Source: an uncultured Campylobacterales bacterium (GTDB lineage: Bacteria > Campylobacterota > Campylobacteria > Campylobacterales > CAZCQG01). Taken from it: 64,000 nt of DNA. Shown here piece by piece: positions 1-14,600 of this stretch; the stretch's first letter is position 1; the number at the start of each line of letters is the position of its first letter. The notes beneath the pieces were generated by a model. The model did no database searches, was not told the DNA's origin, and saw only the letters and a program-made list of their open reading frames with translations. A program made the position numbers and the translations under genes. The stretch lies in contig CAZCQG010000006.1 of assembly GCA_964500775.1 (NCBI GenBank), positions 5,584-69,583 of the forward strand, given 5' to 3'.

Positions 1-907
1 AACCTTCATCGCTTTTGAGAGCATTTTCCATCGATTTGACGAGTTCGTTTATCAGCTTGCTCGTAGGTCCTAGGTCAAGCAGACGGTCTTTTAAGAGTTT
101 CTTTTTAAATGTGAGGTTCAGCATATAGTTTATCGCATCGACCTCGTTCGTACTATCATCCGTCTTCTCAAGTACTTTGAGCCAATCTTTTTTCGCCTTC
201 TCTAACGCTTTGAAGCTCTCTAAGACTTTCTCGACCCTTTTTTGATCTTTCTTGCTTACCTTCTTCTTTTTTGTCTCTTCTCCGTCCTCATCGCCTTCGC
301 TCTCTTCTCCGTCACTCTCACCCTCGTCATCGCTGTCATCGTCGCTGTCGTCGTCACCGTCATCATCACTATCGCTCTCATCATCATCAAAGCTTTTGAA
401 AAGCTCTTTTACTCTTCTTTCTCTGTTGATAAGCGCTTCTTTGTAGTCAAGAATAAAATCTATCAAATACGGGACGGAACAAATAGCATCCAAAATGATG
501 TCTTCGCCGAATTCGATTTGTTTGGAAAAATCTATCTCTTCATCTTTAGTAAGCAAAGGAATCTGACCCATCTCACGCAGGTACATCCGCACCGGACTAT
601 CGCTACGACTCCACTCTAGGAGCTCTCGCTCTTTCATAAAATCAAATTCGTCTTCAAGCTCTTCGTCGCGTAATCTCTGTTTTTCTTGTTCTATTTTTCT
701 TTTTTCTTGAATATTGAGGAGCTTCGCCGCTTCCGAGGAGCTGACTAGTTTGCAATTAAATTTTTTTGAATTATCGTATACTTTTTTAGCAAGCGTAGCC
801 GTGGGCGCTTTTGAAGTGTCTTCAACTATTTTTTCGTACGTGACGTAGGCATCTTTGTTTTCTTTAAATAGGGTATCTAGATCGGTACTTGCTGTTTTTG
901 AAGGCAT
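1..907 (-). CDS. rpoD: RNA polymerase sigma factor RpoD, N-terminal part (gene runs off the window start)
   Basis: Absent from the ORF track because it is open at the window edge. Manual minus-strand translation from the ATG (rc of 905-907) gives MPSKTASTDLDTLFKENK...SRSDSPVRMYLREMGQIPLLTKDEEIDFSKQIE (sigma-70 region 1.2 motif). An acidic tract DDDESDSDDDGDDDSDDDSDDEGESDGEESEGDEDGEE follows. GGAG lies 9 nt upstream of the ATG. Confidence 0.85.
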   Translation of the reverse strand, partial: MPSKTASTDLDTLFKENKDAYVTYEKIVEDTSKAPTATLAKKVYDNSKKFNCKLVSSSEAAKLLNIQEKRKIEQEKQRLRDEELEDEFDFMKERELLEWSRSDSPVRMYLREMGQIPLLTKDEEIDFSKQIEFGEDIILDAICSVPYLIDFILDYKEALINRERRVKELFKSFDDDESDSDDDGDDDSDDDSDDEGESDGEESEGDEDGEETKKKKVSKKDQKRVEKVLESFKALEKAKKDWLKVLEKTDDSTNEVDAINYMLNLTFKKKLLKDRLLDLGPTSKLINELVKSMENALKSDEG

Positions 908-1057
908 GTGTGCTAGCTCCTAAAAGCTGGATTTAATCATAATGCGTATAAAATGGGGCGTAGAAACACTCCTCATCCCCGCAGAGCGAGGGGTAATTAT
1001 ATCGAAAAATAATAAATTTTCACTTACTTGAAGGTTTTTGTGCCTTAGATAAACTCC

Positions 1058-1696
1058 TTACGACTCTTTTATCCCCTCTATATTTGATGCCCTAAAAAGA
1101 TAAACAAAGAATTTGATTCCTTCTAAAACATAGCTTGTAATACCGGCTTCGTTTTTGTACCAATTCGTTTCGTCGTATATGCTATTTTTCGCGGCGGAAG
1201 CTTGGAAAAGAATATCCACGTCATTAAGATTCGCTATTTTGTTAAACGCATAGAGTGCCCTTTTCGTGTGAAACGTATCGGTCACGAGTATCACCCTTTG
1301 CATCGGGTGTTCTTTGAGATACCCGATAAGATCTATGGCTTCATCAAAAGTGCTCGTAGCACCCCCTTTAAGGCTTGGTATTTTTTGTACATTACCGATT
1401 CCTTCATAGCCTAAAACCATATTGCTATACGTAGAATCGTCTATTTGAAACGGATAAGATTTGATTGCTTGGGTTTTAGGATCGCTCACTAGGACAATCG
1501 GAGCATACCCCTCTTTATAAAGCTTGGCGGCGTGGTAAGCTCTTGTTTCAGAATTACCCGCTAAAAGAAGTATCGCATCCGCCCCTTTTGTCGCATTGTC
1601 CACCGAAAAAAACGCAGCATAAGAGACCAAAATCTCTTTATAAAAATAAATCGGAAGCGCTACTAAAATTACAGCTATGAGAAGTTTTTTACTCAT
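1058..1696 (-). CDS. YdcF/DUF218 (SanA/ElyC-like) family protein with N-terminal membrane anchor
   Basis: 212 aa. N-terminal TM helix, then ADAILLLAGNSETRAYHAAKLYKEGYAPIVLVS and ILVTDTFHTKRA, which fit the DUF218 pattern. Confidence 0.65.
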   Translation of the reverse strand: MSKKLLIAVILVALPIYFYKEILVSYAAFFSVDNATKGADAILLLAGNSETRAYHAAKLYKEGYAPIVLVSDPKTQAIKSYPFQIDDSTYSNMVLGYEGIGNVQKIPSLKGGATSTFDEAIDLIGYLKEHPMQRVILVTDTFHTKRALYAFNKIANLNDVDILFQASAAKNSIYDETNWYKNEAGITSYVLEGIKFFVYLFRASNIEGIKES

Positions 1697-2540
1697 CGTA
1701 GAGCATATATCTATCCCAAACTATCTTGCAATACTCTCCGCCTGCCACACCCGCTTCTCTGATGAGCTTTTCGGCTTTTTTTCTATCCTTCATCATCATC
1801 CCTTTTCCCGAAGCATACAGATGTGCGAGAGAACATTTTGCCTTGGGGTATCCTTTGTCGGAAGCGGATGTGTACCATTTCAAAGCACTCTCGAAGTCTT
1901 GCACGACTCCATCACCCCGCTCATACATATTTCCTACGTTGTATTCCGCTTCTACTAGACCTTTTATCGCCGCTTGCTCGTACCAGTATGCCGCTAGTTT
2001 TGGATTTCTCGGGGTGGTGTTAGAGCCTCTATCATAGAGGATTCCGAGATTGAACATCGCTTTTTCGTTCCCTTTTTTTGCCGCCTTGGTGTAGTACTCT
2101 ATTGCTTTTTTAATATCAACCGCCGTGCCGTCTCCCTTATTGTAGACCAATCCCATCAAAAACAATGCTTTGTGGTATCCCAATGATGCCGATTCGAAGT
2201 AGAGATTTCTTGCATTTACCCTGCTCTTCAAGCATCCTAGTCCAATGTCATACAAATACGCGAGGTTATATTTTGCGACTGCATTCCCTTTTTCGCTCGC
2301 TTTATAGTACCAATCAAACGCCCGCTCAAAATTTTGATCTACCCCCAATCCATGCTCATACATCACTCCGAGATTGTTCATAGCTCGGACGTTTCCACCG
2401 TATGCCAACTCTAGAAATTGTCTGTACGCAACGTCATAATTTTTCTCATTATACGAATCAAGCGCGTCTTTAAAAGTAAACTTCGTTTCGGCGAAAATGC
2501 ACTGTGCAAAAAGCAATAAACCGACAAAAATAAATTTCAT
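1689..2540 (-). CDS. Sel1-like repeat (SLR/TPR-type) secreted protein
   Basis: 283 aa with a signal peptide (MKFIFVGLLLFAQCIFA). Contains iterated ~36-aa units of the form A..NLG.MYE.G.GV.Q....A..WY.KAA.KG. Overlaps the downstream gene by 8 nt. Confidence 0.8.
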   Translation of the reverse strand: MKFIFVGLLLFAQCIFAETKFTFKDALDSYNEKNYDVAYRQFLELAYGGNVRAMNNLGVMYEHGLGVDQNFERAFDWYYKASEKGNAVAKYNLAYLYDIGLGCLKSRVNARNLYFESASLGYHKALFLMGLVYNKGDGTAVDIKKAIEYYTKAAKKGNEKAMFNLGILYDRGSNTTPRNPKLAAYWYEQAAIKGLVEAEYNVGNMYERGDGVVQDFESALKWYTSASDKGYPKAKCSLAHLYASGKGMMMKDRKKAEKLIREAGVAGGEYCKIVWDRYMLYDE

Positions 2541-2543
2541 TCA

Positions 2544-3512
2544 TCACCCTCCGGTTTGATAAAAAGCCCTATTTGATTTCTCACCCTCTTCCGCAATTCC
2601 CCATCTGTTTTTTTCGGGTTTATTTTTTACGGCCAATCGTAAAATCTTTTCGATCTCCCTTATATCGCCGCTTTTAATCGTCTCTTTAGCATCTATCGCT
2701 TCATCGAAATAGAGGCAAGGGACTATTTTCCCCTCCGCACTCAAACGCAGTCTATTGCAATCGTTGCAAAAGTCGTCTCTATGCGGCTCGATTAGCCCAA
2801 ATACGTAGCCGTCAACTAGCTCAAAAAGGGTAGCGGGACCGAACGTATTTTTTATCTCGTTTTTTATCTCGTATCTACTTTTTATAATATCTAAAACCTC
2901 TTTACCTTTTAAGCCTCGCAATCCACCGTTTGCAAAAGAATTTTCCATAAACTCTATAAAGCGCAGTCTCAAACCGCGAGAATGGCAAAAAGCAAAAATA
3001 TCCAATACCTCATCATCGTTCACGCCGCGTATCGGGACGCAGTTTATCTTTACGAATAATCCTAATTCTTTGCAAAGCGCTATCCCTCGTAACACATTTT
3101 CTAGCGCATCTTTTTGGGTGATTTTTTTAAATTTTTCTCTTTGGAGGGAATCTAATGAAATGTTGATTCTTTTCAACCCTGCATCTTTTAGTCTTTGTGC
3201 CATACCGCAAAGCAACATCCCGTTTGAAGTGAGGGTAATATCAACCGAATCGTCGTATTCGTGTATGAGTCGTATGAGATCGGGCAGGTCGGATCGGATG
3301 GTTGGTTCGCCGCCCGTGATGCGTATTTTTTTTATACCGTTATCGATAGCGATTTTGATAAAGGTAAAAAGCTCGTGGACGGATAAGAGATTCTCTTTAT
3401 GTAGCATATCTATCGGAGTATCGGGCATACAATACTGACACCTAAAATTGCAATTCTCCGTTACCGAAATTCTAAGATAATTTATCTCCCTGCCGTAGCT
3501 ATCAACTAACAT
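2544..3512 (-). CDS. moaA: GTP 3',8-cyclase MoaA (radical SAM, molybdenum cofactor biosynthesis)
   Basis: 322 aa. CNFRCQYCMP radical-SAM cluster motif near the N-terminus, a C-terminal CNDCNRLRLSAEGKIVPC second-cluster motif, and a terminal GG. Confidence 0.9.
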   Translation of the reverse strand: MLVDSYGREINYLRISVTENCNFRCQYCMPDTPIDMLHKENLLSVHELFTFIKIAIDNGIKKIRITGGEPTIRSDLPDLIRLIHEYDDSVDITLTSNGMLLCGMAQRLKDAGLKRINISLDSLQREKFKKITQKDALENVLRGIALCKELGLFVKINCVPIRGVNDDEVLDIFAFCHSRGLRLRFIEFMENSFANGGLRGLKGKEVLDIIKSRYEIKNEIKNTFGPATLFELVDGYVFGLIEPHRDDFCNDCNRLRLSAEGKIVPCLYFDEAIDAKETIKSGDIREIEKILRLAVKNKPEKNRWGIAEEGEKSNRAFYQTGG

Positions 3513-3606
3513 CTTCCGCCTATACCTAAATGTGGAGGTATTCTATGGAAATATCTTTAAGGTACGCTTTGCTACTCTTGCCAAAAAACACAAAGGCTAA
3601 ATCCTC

Positions 3607-4056
3607 ATGGTAGAGTTGGCTTTCGGAGCGCTACATAGCGAAGAGATCTTGCAAAAATGGTATGAAAGAATCAAAGAGAAAAATTGCGGTGCCCTCACCT
3701 ATTTCGTCGGAATCGTAAGGGATGAAGAGGGGATCGAGGGATTAAGTTTCGAGATATATGAATCTTTATTGCAAAAATGGTTTTTAGCTTGGGAAGAGAG
3801 ATTGCAAAAGTTAGATTCTCACATCTTTATGGCGCACTCTATCGGAGATGTCACGATTCATAAAAGCTCTTTTGTCGCGTGCATCGCATCCCCCAAAAGG
3901 AGAGTAGCATTAGAGTATCTCGATGCGTTCGTGGAAGACTTTAAAACAAATGCACCGATATGGAAATACGACATCAAAAACGGTAAAAAAATCTACGCAG
4001 AATCAAGAAGCCACAAGATAGAAGGCTACGGGATTCTTGGCAAGGAATCACTATGA
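3607..4056 (+). CDS. moaE: molybdopterin synthase catalytic subunit MoaE
   Basis: 149 aa. [13 protein letters not shown]...APIWKYD pattern typical of MoaE. Overlaps moaC by 4 nt. Confidence 0.75.
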   Translation: MVELAFGALHSEEILQKWYERIKEKNCGALTYFVGIVRDEEGIEGLSFEIYESLLQKWFLAWEERLQKLDSHIFMAHSIGDVTIHKSSFVACIASPKRRVALEYLDAFVEDFKTNAPIWKYDIKNGKKIYAESRSHKIEGYGILGKESL

Positions 4057-4532
4057 ATCTCACCCACTTAGACGAGCACGACAGACCGAAAATGGTAGAT
4101 GTCTCGGAGAAAAAAATAACAAAGCGTACGGCAGTTGCCAGCGGAGAGATCCAAGTAAGCGAAGCGGCATTTCAAAGCGTCGCTCAAAACACGAACAAAA
4201 AAGGTCCCGTCCTCCAAACAGCCGTAGTAGCGGCGATAATGGGGACAAAAAAGACAAGCGACCTCATCCCGATGTGCCATCCGCTGAATCTCACCTCTAT
4301 CAACTGCGAGATAAGCGAAGATCCGAAGAATCACATTTTCAAACTCACCGTAACTGCGTCGCTAGAAGGAAAAACGGGCGTGGAGATGGAAGCGCTTACG
4401 GGTGTATCTATTGGACTTTTAACGATATACGATATGCTCAAAGCTATAGACAAAAGTATGGTGATACGCGATATAAAGCTAGAATCTAAAACAGGCGGAA
4501 AAAGCGGGGATTATCGGAGAGGGGAGGATTAG
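4053..4532 (+). CDS. moaC: cyclic pyranopterin monophosphate synthase MoaC
   Basis: 159 aa. [18 protein letters not shown]...[11 protein letters not shown]...[23 protein letters not shown] are hallmark MoaC motifs. Confidence 0.9.
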   Translation: MNLTHLDEHDRPKMVDVSEKKITKRTAVASGEIQVSEAAFQSVAQNTNKKGPVLQTAVVAAIMGTKKTSDLIPMCHPLNLTSINCEISEDPKNHIFKLTVTASLEGKTGVEMEALTGVSIGLLTIYDMLKAIDKSMVIRDIKLESKTGGKSGDYRRGED

Positions 4533-5881
4533 CTTTTTTTGCTATTCCTAAAAATCTCCGAGATCAAAAATGCCATCTCTAATGCTTGATCGGCGTTGAG
4601 GCGCGGGTCACAGAAAGTGTGGTATCTGTCTTTGAGGCTCTCTTCGGTCACGGTTTTTGCGCCGCCGATGCACTCGGTGACATCTTGTCCGGTCATCTCT
4701 AGATGGACGCCGCCCGCGATACTCCCTTCGGCTTTGTGGATCTCAAAAAAGTTTTGCACCTCTTTAAGTACATTGTCAAAAACTCTCGTCTTATAACCCG
4801 ATTCGGTTTTGATGGTATTGCCGTGCATCGGATCGCTTGACCATAGGACGTTTTTTCCCTCTTTTTTGACCGCTCTTATGAGCTCCGGCAAATACGTTCC
4901 TATTTTTTCCGCACCCATCCGCACGATGATATTGAGCCTTCCTGCTTCGTTACGTGGATTGAGCACGTCGCAAAGCTCGATAAGTTCTTCGGGTTTTATC
5001 GTAGGTCCGGCTTTGAGACCGATCGGATTTCCTATCCCGCGCAAAAACTCTACGTGTGCCCCTTTTGGATCTCTCGTCCTATCCCCTATCCAGAGCATAT
5101 GTGCGGAGCAGTCGAAATATTCGCCGCTTAGACTATCCTTTCTCGTGAGTGCTTGCTCATACCCTAGCAATAATGCCTCGTGCGAAGTATAAAACGCCGT
5201 CTCTCTTATCGAGGGGGTATTTTGTGCGGTGATTCCGCATGCTTCCATAAAGCGCAACGCATCGGAGATTCTGCAAGCCATTTGCTCAAACTTTTCACCG
5301 ATAGCAGTCGATTTGACAAAGTCGAGATTCCACTTGTGTATCTGATGTAAATCGGCAAAGCCGCCTTGGGCAAATGCCCGTAACAAATTGAGTGTGGCAG
5401 CGGATTGATTGTATGCGTCTATGAGTTTATTAGGATCGGGTTTTCTCGCTTCGACATCGGCTTCTATGGAGTTGACTATATCTCCTCTATAGCTAGGATA
5501 CGATACGCCGTCTATCTCCTCAAAATCGGCACTTCTCGGTTTGGCAAACTGCCCCGCTACTCTTCCTACTTTTACGACAGGCATACCTCCTGCGTACGTT
5601 AGTACCGCCGCCATTTGCAAAATGACCTTAAAAAGGTCTCTGATGTTGACTGCGTTAAACTGCGTAAAACTCTCGGCACAATCTCCGCCTTGGAGCAAAA
5701 ACGCCTCGCCGCGGGATACTTTTGCCAAATCATTTTTGAGATTCCTAGCTTCACCTGCAAACACAAGCGGAGGAAACGCTTTGAGTTTCGCCTCTACGTC
5801 GCTTAGTTTTTGTATATCTTCATAAATAGGTTGCTGTTTTATCTCTTTGCTTCTCCAGCTATCGATTTTCCAATTTTCCAT
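4529..5881 (-). CDS. class II 3-deoxy-7-phosphoheptulonate (DAHP) synthase
   Basis: 450 aa. N-terminal W..K...QQP.Y, then [29 protein letters not shown] and SDPMHGNT, which match the plant-like class II DAHP synthase family. Confidence 0.85.
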   Translation of the reverse strand: MENWKIDSWRSKEIKQQPIYEDIQKLSDVEAKLKAFPPLVFAGEARNLKNDLAKVSRGEAFLLQGGDCAESFTQFNAVNIRDLFKVILQMAAVLTYAGGMPVVKVGRVAGQFAKPRSADFEEIDGVSYPSYRGDIVNSIEADVEARKPDPNKLIDAYNQSAATLNLLRAFAQGGFADLHQIHKWNLDFVKSTAIGEKFEQMACRISDALRFMEACGITAQNTPSIRETAFYTSHEALLLGYEQALTRKDSLSGEYFDCSAHMLWIGDRTRDPKGAHVEFLRGIGNPIGLKAGPTIKPEELIELCDVLNPRNEAGRLNIIVRMGAEKIGTYLPELIRAVKKEGKNVLWSSDPMHGNTIKTESGYKTRVFDNVLKEVQNFFEIHKAEGSIAGGVHLEMTGQDVTECIGGAKTVTEESLKDRYHTFCDPRLNADQALEMAFLISEIFRNSKKS

Positions 5882-5934
5882 AATTATTTGAACCTTAACC
5901 TTATAGTTTTTAGAGGGGTATTGTATTGAAAGAA

Positions 5935-6825
5935 TTATTTTATATCAATATCGGAAGAGAGGGCGTAATTCATAGCTCTTAGCGAAAATATGTTTTGTGA
6001 TTTTGAAAAAGCGTCTTGTATGTTTGATTCTTGGAAGTCAAGATTTGCTTTATTATCAAACAAAAGTCCATAGAGCAGCTCTTTACTTCGGAGACTTTGT
6101 GCCAAAAGAAACGTCTCGCTCTCTTCGCTCAAAAAATCTTTATCCACCGTATCTAAATTAAAACCTCTTTCTTCGATAAAACGCCTAGAATCTCCCTTGG
6201 AATCTAGTAATTCCATTTCGCGTTGCGAAGCTATGAGGGTTTTCTCGGTCCCTATTGAGAGGATTAGCGATGTGTAATTTGCGCTTGCTTCTTCCAAGCT
6301 TTGCTCCACATTTTGCACCAAAAACTCTCTATCGGAATCTAGCGTCTCATCTTCTAATACGCTCGGTATAGGAGTGTTATTTAGTGCCGATTCTATCCAC
6401 GCTCCAAATTCGCCGTAGTTATCTTTTTTTTCGGACAAAATCTCACGCTCTTCTTTTAATGCTCGTACCATTTTTTTCAAACTCGTGAGAAAATCCTCCT
6501 CAAGAATCGCTCCATCACTATATTCTCGTAGCTTTTCTTTGAGCTGTTGTATATACCCTTCTTGCCTGCTCAACGACTTTTCCGCTTCCTGCATCAGCGA
6601 GTATCGTAAGACACTTTGTTTTGAGAGTTGGGCGAGTTTGTAGTTTTCATCGTTGTGTGCAAGTTTTTTGGCTAAATCACTAAAATACTGCGCATCCGCA
6701 TCGACGCTATTTCTGTATTGCAACGACCTAGATGCAATAGTTCCATCTCGAATATCGAGATATTTTTTTATCTCGGAGGTTTTATTAATATATACGGGGG
6801 TAACGCCTAAAGCTAGACCGACCAT
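5935..6825 (-). CDS. hypothetical protein, acidic, predicted coiled-coil rich
   Basis: 296-aa ORF with no motif I recognise. Lies upstream of cheV on the same strand. Confidence 0.4.
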   Translation of the reverse strand: MVGLALGVTPVYINKTSEIKKYLDIRDGTIASRSLQYRNSVDADAQYFSDLAKKLAHNDENYKLAQLSKQSVLRYSLMQEAEKSLSRQEGYIQQLKEKLREYSDGAILEEDFLTSLKKMVRALKEEREILSEKKDNYGEFGAWIESALNNTPIPSVLEDETLDSDREFLVQNVEQSLEEASANYTSLILSIGTEKTLIASQREMELLDSKGDSRRFIEERGFNLDTVDKDFLSEESETFLLAQSLRSKELLYGLLFDNKANLDFQESNIQDAFSKSQNIFSLRAMNYALSSDIDIK

Positions 6826-6897
6826 ATTGCAACTCTTATGTTATTGTGGATTGTTTATTTTATTCTTTTTTTATGAAAAAAGGATAAAGCGGGGCGA

Positions 6898-7836
6898 TTA
6901 AAGAAAAGTTGCGAGTACCTCTTTTATCTCTACGGGATTTGACTTCGATATAAACGCGTCCGCACTCAATTTTTTCGCCATATTTTTATTAGAATCGCCG
7001 CTCATAGAAGAGTTTACCACGATTGGGATATTTTGCGTATGCTTGTGGTCTTTGAGCTGTTTTATCACCTCAAAACCGCTGGCTTCAGGCATCTCTAAAT
7101 CGGTGATAACAACACCGATATTTTCAACATCGGTATCTTCGGCAAATACATAATCTAGCAATAATCTGCCGTTTTGGAAATCCTTGTGCGGCACCTGTAG
7201 TTTATCGAGTATCTTTTGCATCATTTTCATAGCCGATGGAGAATCTTCGGCAAGCAAAACCTCTTTATTTCTCGAATCTAACTCATCCAAGCTATCAAGT
7301 TCGATTTCCTTATTTTCCTCCACCCACGGAAAAACATCAACAAGCATTTTTTCAATGTCAACGATTTGCACGATAGAATCATCAATATATTTGGTATTAC
7401 CTGTTATCTTTCCGTTTCCGGTGTTGATTCCGAGATCGCTACTTTGGTTGACTTGCGACCATTTGCGGCTAATGATTCTTTTTGCATCCTTTATCCGAAT
7501 CCCCACGACACAATCCGAAAAATCACATATCATTACAAACAATTCATCGCACTCTATCCCGTGTGTAGATAAATCTATCTCTTTATCGCGAGGATCGTAC
7601 CGAAACCATTTTTTGAGATCCACCAACGGCAATGTTTCGTCTCTGACGGTAATGAGCCCCTCAAGTAACGAACACTTTCCGTTTGATATGCGAGTGATCT
7701 CTCCGTCGTATCGAATCACTTCTCGCACTTTAAAAATGTTTACCGCATACACTTGCTCTTTTACGCCTAATCCGAAACAGAAAAATTGTACTTCGTTGTT
7801 GAGGTAGAGTTGGGTGGTTTTATCGATGTCTAGCAT
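6898..7836 (-). CDS. cheV: chemotaxis protein CheV (CheW-like domain fused to a receiver domain)
   Basis: 312 aa. The N-terminal CheW-like region has YAVNIFKVREVI...LPLVDL. The C-terminal REC domain has VLLAEDSPSAMKMM...VVITDLEMPEASGFEV...K. Confidence 0.85.
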   Translation of the reverse strand: MLDIDKTTQLYLNNEVQFFCFGLGVKEQVYAVNIFKVREVIRYDGEITRISNGKCSLLEGLITVRDETLPLVDLKKWFRYDPRDKEIDLSTHGIECDELFVMICDFSDCVVGIRIKDAKRIISRKWSQVNQSSDLGINTGNGKITGNTKYIDDSIVQIVDIEKMLVDVFPWVEENKEIELDSLDELDSRNKEVLLAEDSPSAMKMMQKILDKLQVPHKDFQNGRLLLDYVFAEDTDVENIGVVITDLEMPEASGFEVIKQLKDHKHTQNIPIVVNSSMSGDSNKNMAKKLSADAFISKSNPVEIKEVLATFL

Positions 7837-7886
7837 GGTTGTCCCTAGAACGCTTTTTATTAACTATTCCCTATAATTGTACATAA

Positions 7887-11058
<3,172 letters not shown>

Positions 11059-11069
<11 letters not shown>

Positions 11070-11580
11070 ATTCTGTTTCCTTCATTTCTTTGAAGGCTGA
11101 TTGCAAGTATTGTTCCAACTCGCCTATGCTCTCAAATACATCGGGGAGATATTTTTGTGCTCTATAATAAAATAGCGACGCACCGTCACTTAGAAGCGCT
11201 TCATTTGCGCTCAAACCGTCTCTTATTTTTAGCTCAAAACAAATATTTTCATAAACACCGAGGTATTTTAGATCTATACCTCTAGGTTCGCTAGAGAGTT
11301 TATCTCCGTAGAGAGAGTAGGCTTTGGTATGCTGAGGTAGATTGAAGTTTCCTATTTTTTCATTTTTTTTACTATCAAAGACATCGCACTTGAGGCAATA
11401 GTCATAACAGAGTACGTCTAGATTTTCTATGGAATATATGCTTGAGAGTTCTACGAAATTTTTTATGCTTGGTTTTTTCTTTTGTTCGAGTTTTTGGAAG
11501 GATATTATCGCTACGGTGTAAACTATTGAGAGGAGCAAAACTACAATCAATAGCTCAAAAAGGGTGAATGATTTTTTCAA
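11059..11580 (-). CDS. minor pseudopilin (prepilin-type N-terminal cleavage/methylation domain)
   Basis: 173 aa. N-terminus MKKS|FTLFELLIVVLLLSIV fits the class III signal (short basic leader, F+1, E+5, hydrophobic helix). Confidence 0.75.
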
Positions 11581-11603
11581 AAGTTCTCCGATTGGTTTAA
11601 CAT

Positions 11604-11632
11604 AAAACCGAGGGAGGAGAGACCTCGGTTTT
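11604..11632 (-). terminator. hairpin between the 1198-aa gene and the pseudopilin/gspF genes (candidate partial terminator)
   Basis: AAAACCGAGG (11604-11613) pairs perfectly with CCTCGGTTTT (11623-11632) around a 9-nt loop. On the minus strand the stem runs into TTTTATGTT. It sits 12 nt after the stop of the 1198-aa ORF. Confidence 0.55.
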
Positions 11633-11644
11633 ATAGTTTATTTA

Positions 11645-14600
11645 TTAGAAAGATTGACCGCCAAGACCGTAATCATTGATCTCAGTAAGCGTGCCGTGGC
11701 TACCAGCATTATAAGATGTACTGAATGTACCGTAGTACAATGTGCCGTCTACATATACATAGAACACTTCACCTTCATAGAAACTTCCGTGATATGTTAT
11801 TTGCATCTCGATTGTGCTACCGCCGCTTGTCGTTACATCATAGTAAGTCGCAGATGTCATTGACAATGTATCAGCGTTTGCTTCGCCTTTGAAAGCTATT
11901 TTCAATGGACTGCCTGCATAACCGTCATAATTTATAACGTTCAGCATCACTGCATTCTCAGTGTCTTCATAGTTAGTATTGGCAACTGTTGCCGTCAAAG
12001 TATCCGTCTTGCTATTTGCAACAGGCGCAAAGTTTACCGCTTGCATATCGGAATACATATAGTAATCGTTTTTAGCAAGTACTTTAAGACTATGGTACGG
12101 ATTTGTAGAGCTAATAGCACTGATTCCTAGCGTGCTGTTTGCATCCCAACCGAACAACTCGCCCAAGCTTGAGTAATCTGTAATACTTAGAGCAGTTTTT
12201 GTGCCGGCTCTAAATGCATAGTCGGAAATATTACCCTCAAACACTTGTATGGTATCGCTAGATGTGATATCCAAGCCTGTACCAGTAGCATTGTATGCTA
12301 CCGTCGGAGTAGCAGGTTTTGCCCAGTATGAGTAAAGCGAAGTTGCAAAGCTCGCCGTATTGCCAAAGCCGTCATACGCAGTGATTATTACAGGAACATC
12401 ACTTGTCGTAGGATCTGCGAATAGGATATATGCATCATTCAATCTTAATGTGAACGTACCGTCACTATTTCTTCTCAACGGAATAACATCACCGGAAACC
12501 GAAGCTACAACGTTATAAGAGTTATCGCTATAGTCTGTACCGGAATCACCCGCCAAGCCGTTAAGCTTAAACGTTACTGTTCTATTGATGTGGTTTCTAA
12601 CATCGCCCAAACCTGTTGTAGCACTTACACCGTTGTCAAAGTGTACCTGTACATAGCCGGCTGAATTTCCTGTCACGCCATTAGATAGCGTTATAGTTGC
12701 AGGTGTGAAATCATCACCCAATCTCACCCAGTAACCTAGTTTAGAATCTGTCCATAGCAACTCTTGCGTATCTTGCATATCTATATCAAACCAAGTCTCG
12801 GCATCTTTTGTAGCATCTAGCCCAAGCCATCTTACTGAACCATCAGTAGTTGATGTTTGTGCAGCAGTTAATACTGAAACTACATTCTTGCCTGTTTGCG
12901 TAACAAGTTTTTGTATCGGGTTGTTTGCCGGCATATCATCTGCCCAGTAAATGGCTTTCGTAAGGTCGGCTCTACTTCCTGATCCAAGTGTGATGTTACC
13001 GTCTATTACACCGCTAGAGTTTGGATTCGAAAGATCGTATCCGTGACTAATGAACGTACCGTTATAGTCAGATGCTACCGTATGACCATCAGCACCCGTT
13101 AGGTTTTTCAACGTGAACACGTTAGAGATAGGACCTTTTACCATGTCCGTACTTCCACTCAACGCGCCGATTCTTGTATCTAGGTATATACCTTTGTCGG
13201 TACCTGTTTCAAGAATTTGTATGTCATTGATAGGAGTAGAAGTATAACTATCTCTCCAAAGATCCGCACCAAGTACAGTATAGTTGGTATCGCTATTTAT
13301 TGTTACAATAGTTGCGTTCCAATCTTTTGTTGTATCGTTTCTTGCCCCTGCAATTTGAGCAATCGCATAAGAGTGGTTATAGTCGTCATACGACAATAAC
13401 GAGCTCTCCGCATCTGTTCCGCTAGCACGTACATAAAATTGTGTGCCGTTTTGATCGTTATCGTCTTTATAAACTCTAACAACCGTCGCATCCGCAACAC
13501 CAAATCTGTAGTTTGATGCTATGAGAACGCTATCGGTAGTACCGTCAAAGTTTGTATCCAACTCGTACGCTTTTAACTTTAGATCGCTCGCAGTAGAGTC
13601 ATCCGATCTTTTTTTCCAGTTACCAGTGATACTACCGGTCAAATTTGTAATTATATTAGCCGCCAATGTTGCCGGAGTAGCCCCTGCCGTTGACACGTAG
13701 AAGCTAGAATCGGTAACCGTAGTACCGCTACTTGTATACTCATGATACAAGTCGGCAAATTGGATTTCCAAATGCCCGATGCCGGTCATATTCCCTTCAT
13801 TCAACCAAGCACTATTGAGTTTTACCGCCATCAAATAGTCACCGTAAACGGCTGTTTGGTTGTTGTCATTAGCAGCCACCATCGGTAACGCAGTTCCGCT
13901 TGAAGGTCTTGTCGCCACTGAAGTGTTTAATTCAAACTTTCTGTCAGAAACAATCAGTACGTTTGTACCGTTCATAGGATACGCTCTAGTGTTCCCGAAG
14001 TACATCGTACCGTTTCTATCACCCGTTACGATTCTATCGTTTGTTGCAAGTGCTGCACCCAAAGCAGATGTAGCATTTGCTTCTGTCCAATAGGTACCTG
14101 CAATATTTCTTCCGAATGTATCTCTCAACGTATAACCCAAAGAAGTACTTATATCGACTATTGCTGCTGCTGCAGAATATCTAATGGTCTCATCGTTAAA
14201 AGAGAGTAAATGCCAACCGCTATTAAGGTTCATAGTCCCGTATGTACTCTCCCCTATATCAGAACTAGCTAACACCAATCCTGCTTTTGCGGTTGTGTTA
14301 TTTACCCATTGACCGTATGCCCAGTATCCGTGTGCACTCTCAACGTCATTTGTACTGCTTAAAGAGTTTTGACTGTCTGAAAGTCTGCTATCATATACAC
14401 CCCACGCGCCGTTAACATAACCAAATAGCGTCAGGTTGTCATCGGCAGACATAGCATCAAAATTATCCGTTGAAGTAAGCTGCATACTATTTGCAATAAC
14501 CTTTGTTAGGTTATTGTCAGATATGTTCGTATCCAAATACTCATCCAATCCGCTATATGCAGTTGAACTCGAAGAACTTGAAAGCAAAGCAGCCAACTCG

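Noticed and set aside
242-619. Plus-strand ORFs of 125 aa and 64 aa with extremely low-complexity Leu/Ser/Val translations
   Set aside because: They lie antisense to the acidic (D/E/S) tract of rpoD on the minus strand. The repetitive GAT/GAC/GAG codons read as low-complexity ORFs on the other strand. There is no RBS and no plausible protein.
3544-3612. 22-codon mini-ORF ([22 protein letters not shown]) between moaA and moaE, considered as a moaD remnant
   Set aside because: The intergenic space (94 nt) is too small for moaD. The peptide lacks the C-terminal GG and any convincing MoaD similarity. moaD is probably encoded elsewhere.
7184-7807. 207-aa ORF antisense to cheV, along with many similar long antisense or alternate-frame ORFs in the track (e.g. 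4037-4489, 8907-9398, 28549-29049, 44077-44637, 47998-48507, 53719-54210, 56779-57354)
   Set aside because: Each lies entirely inside a well-supported gene on the opposite strand or in another frame. Each has a biased Ser/Leu/Arg-rich composition and no start context. They are typical shadow ORFs.
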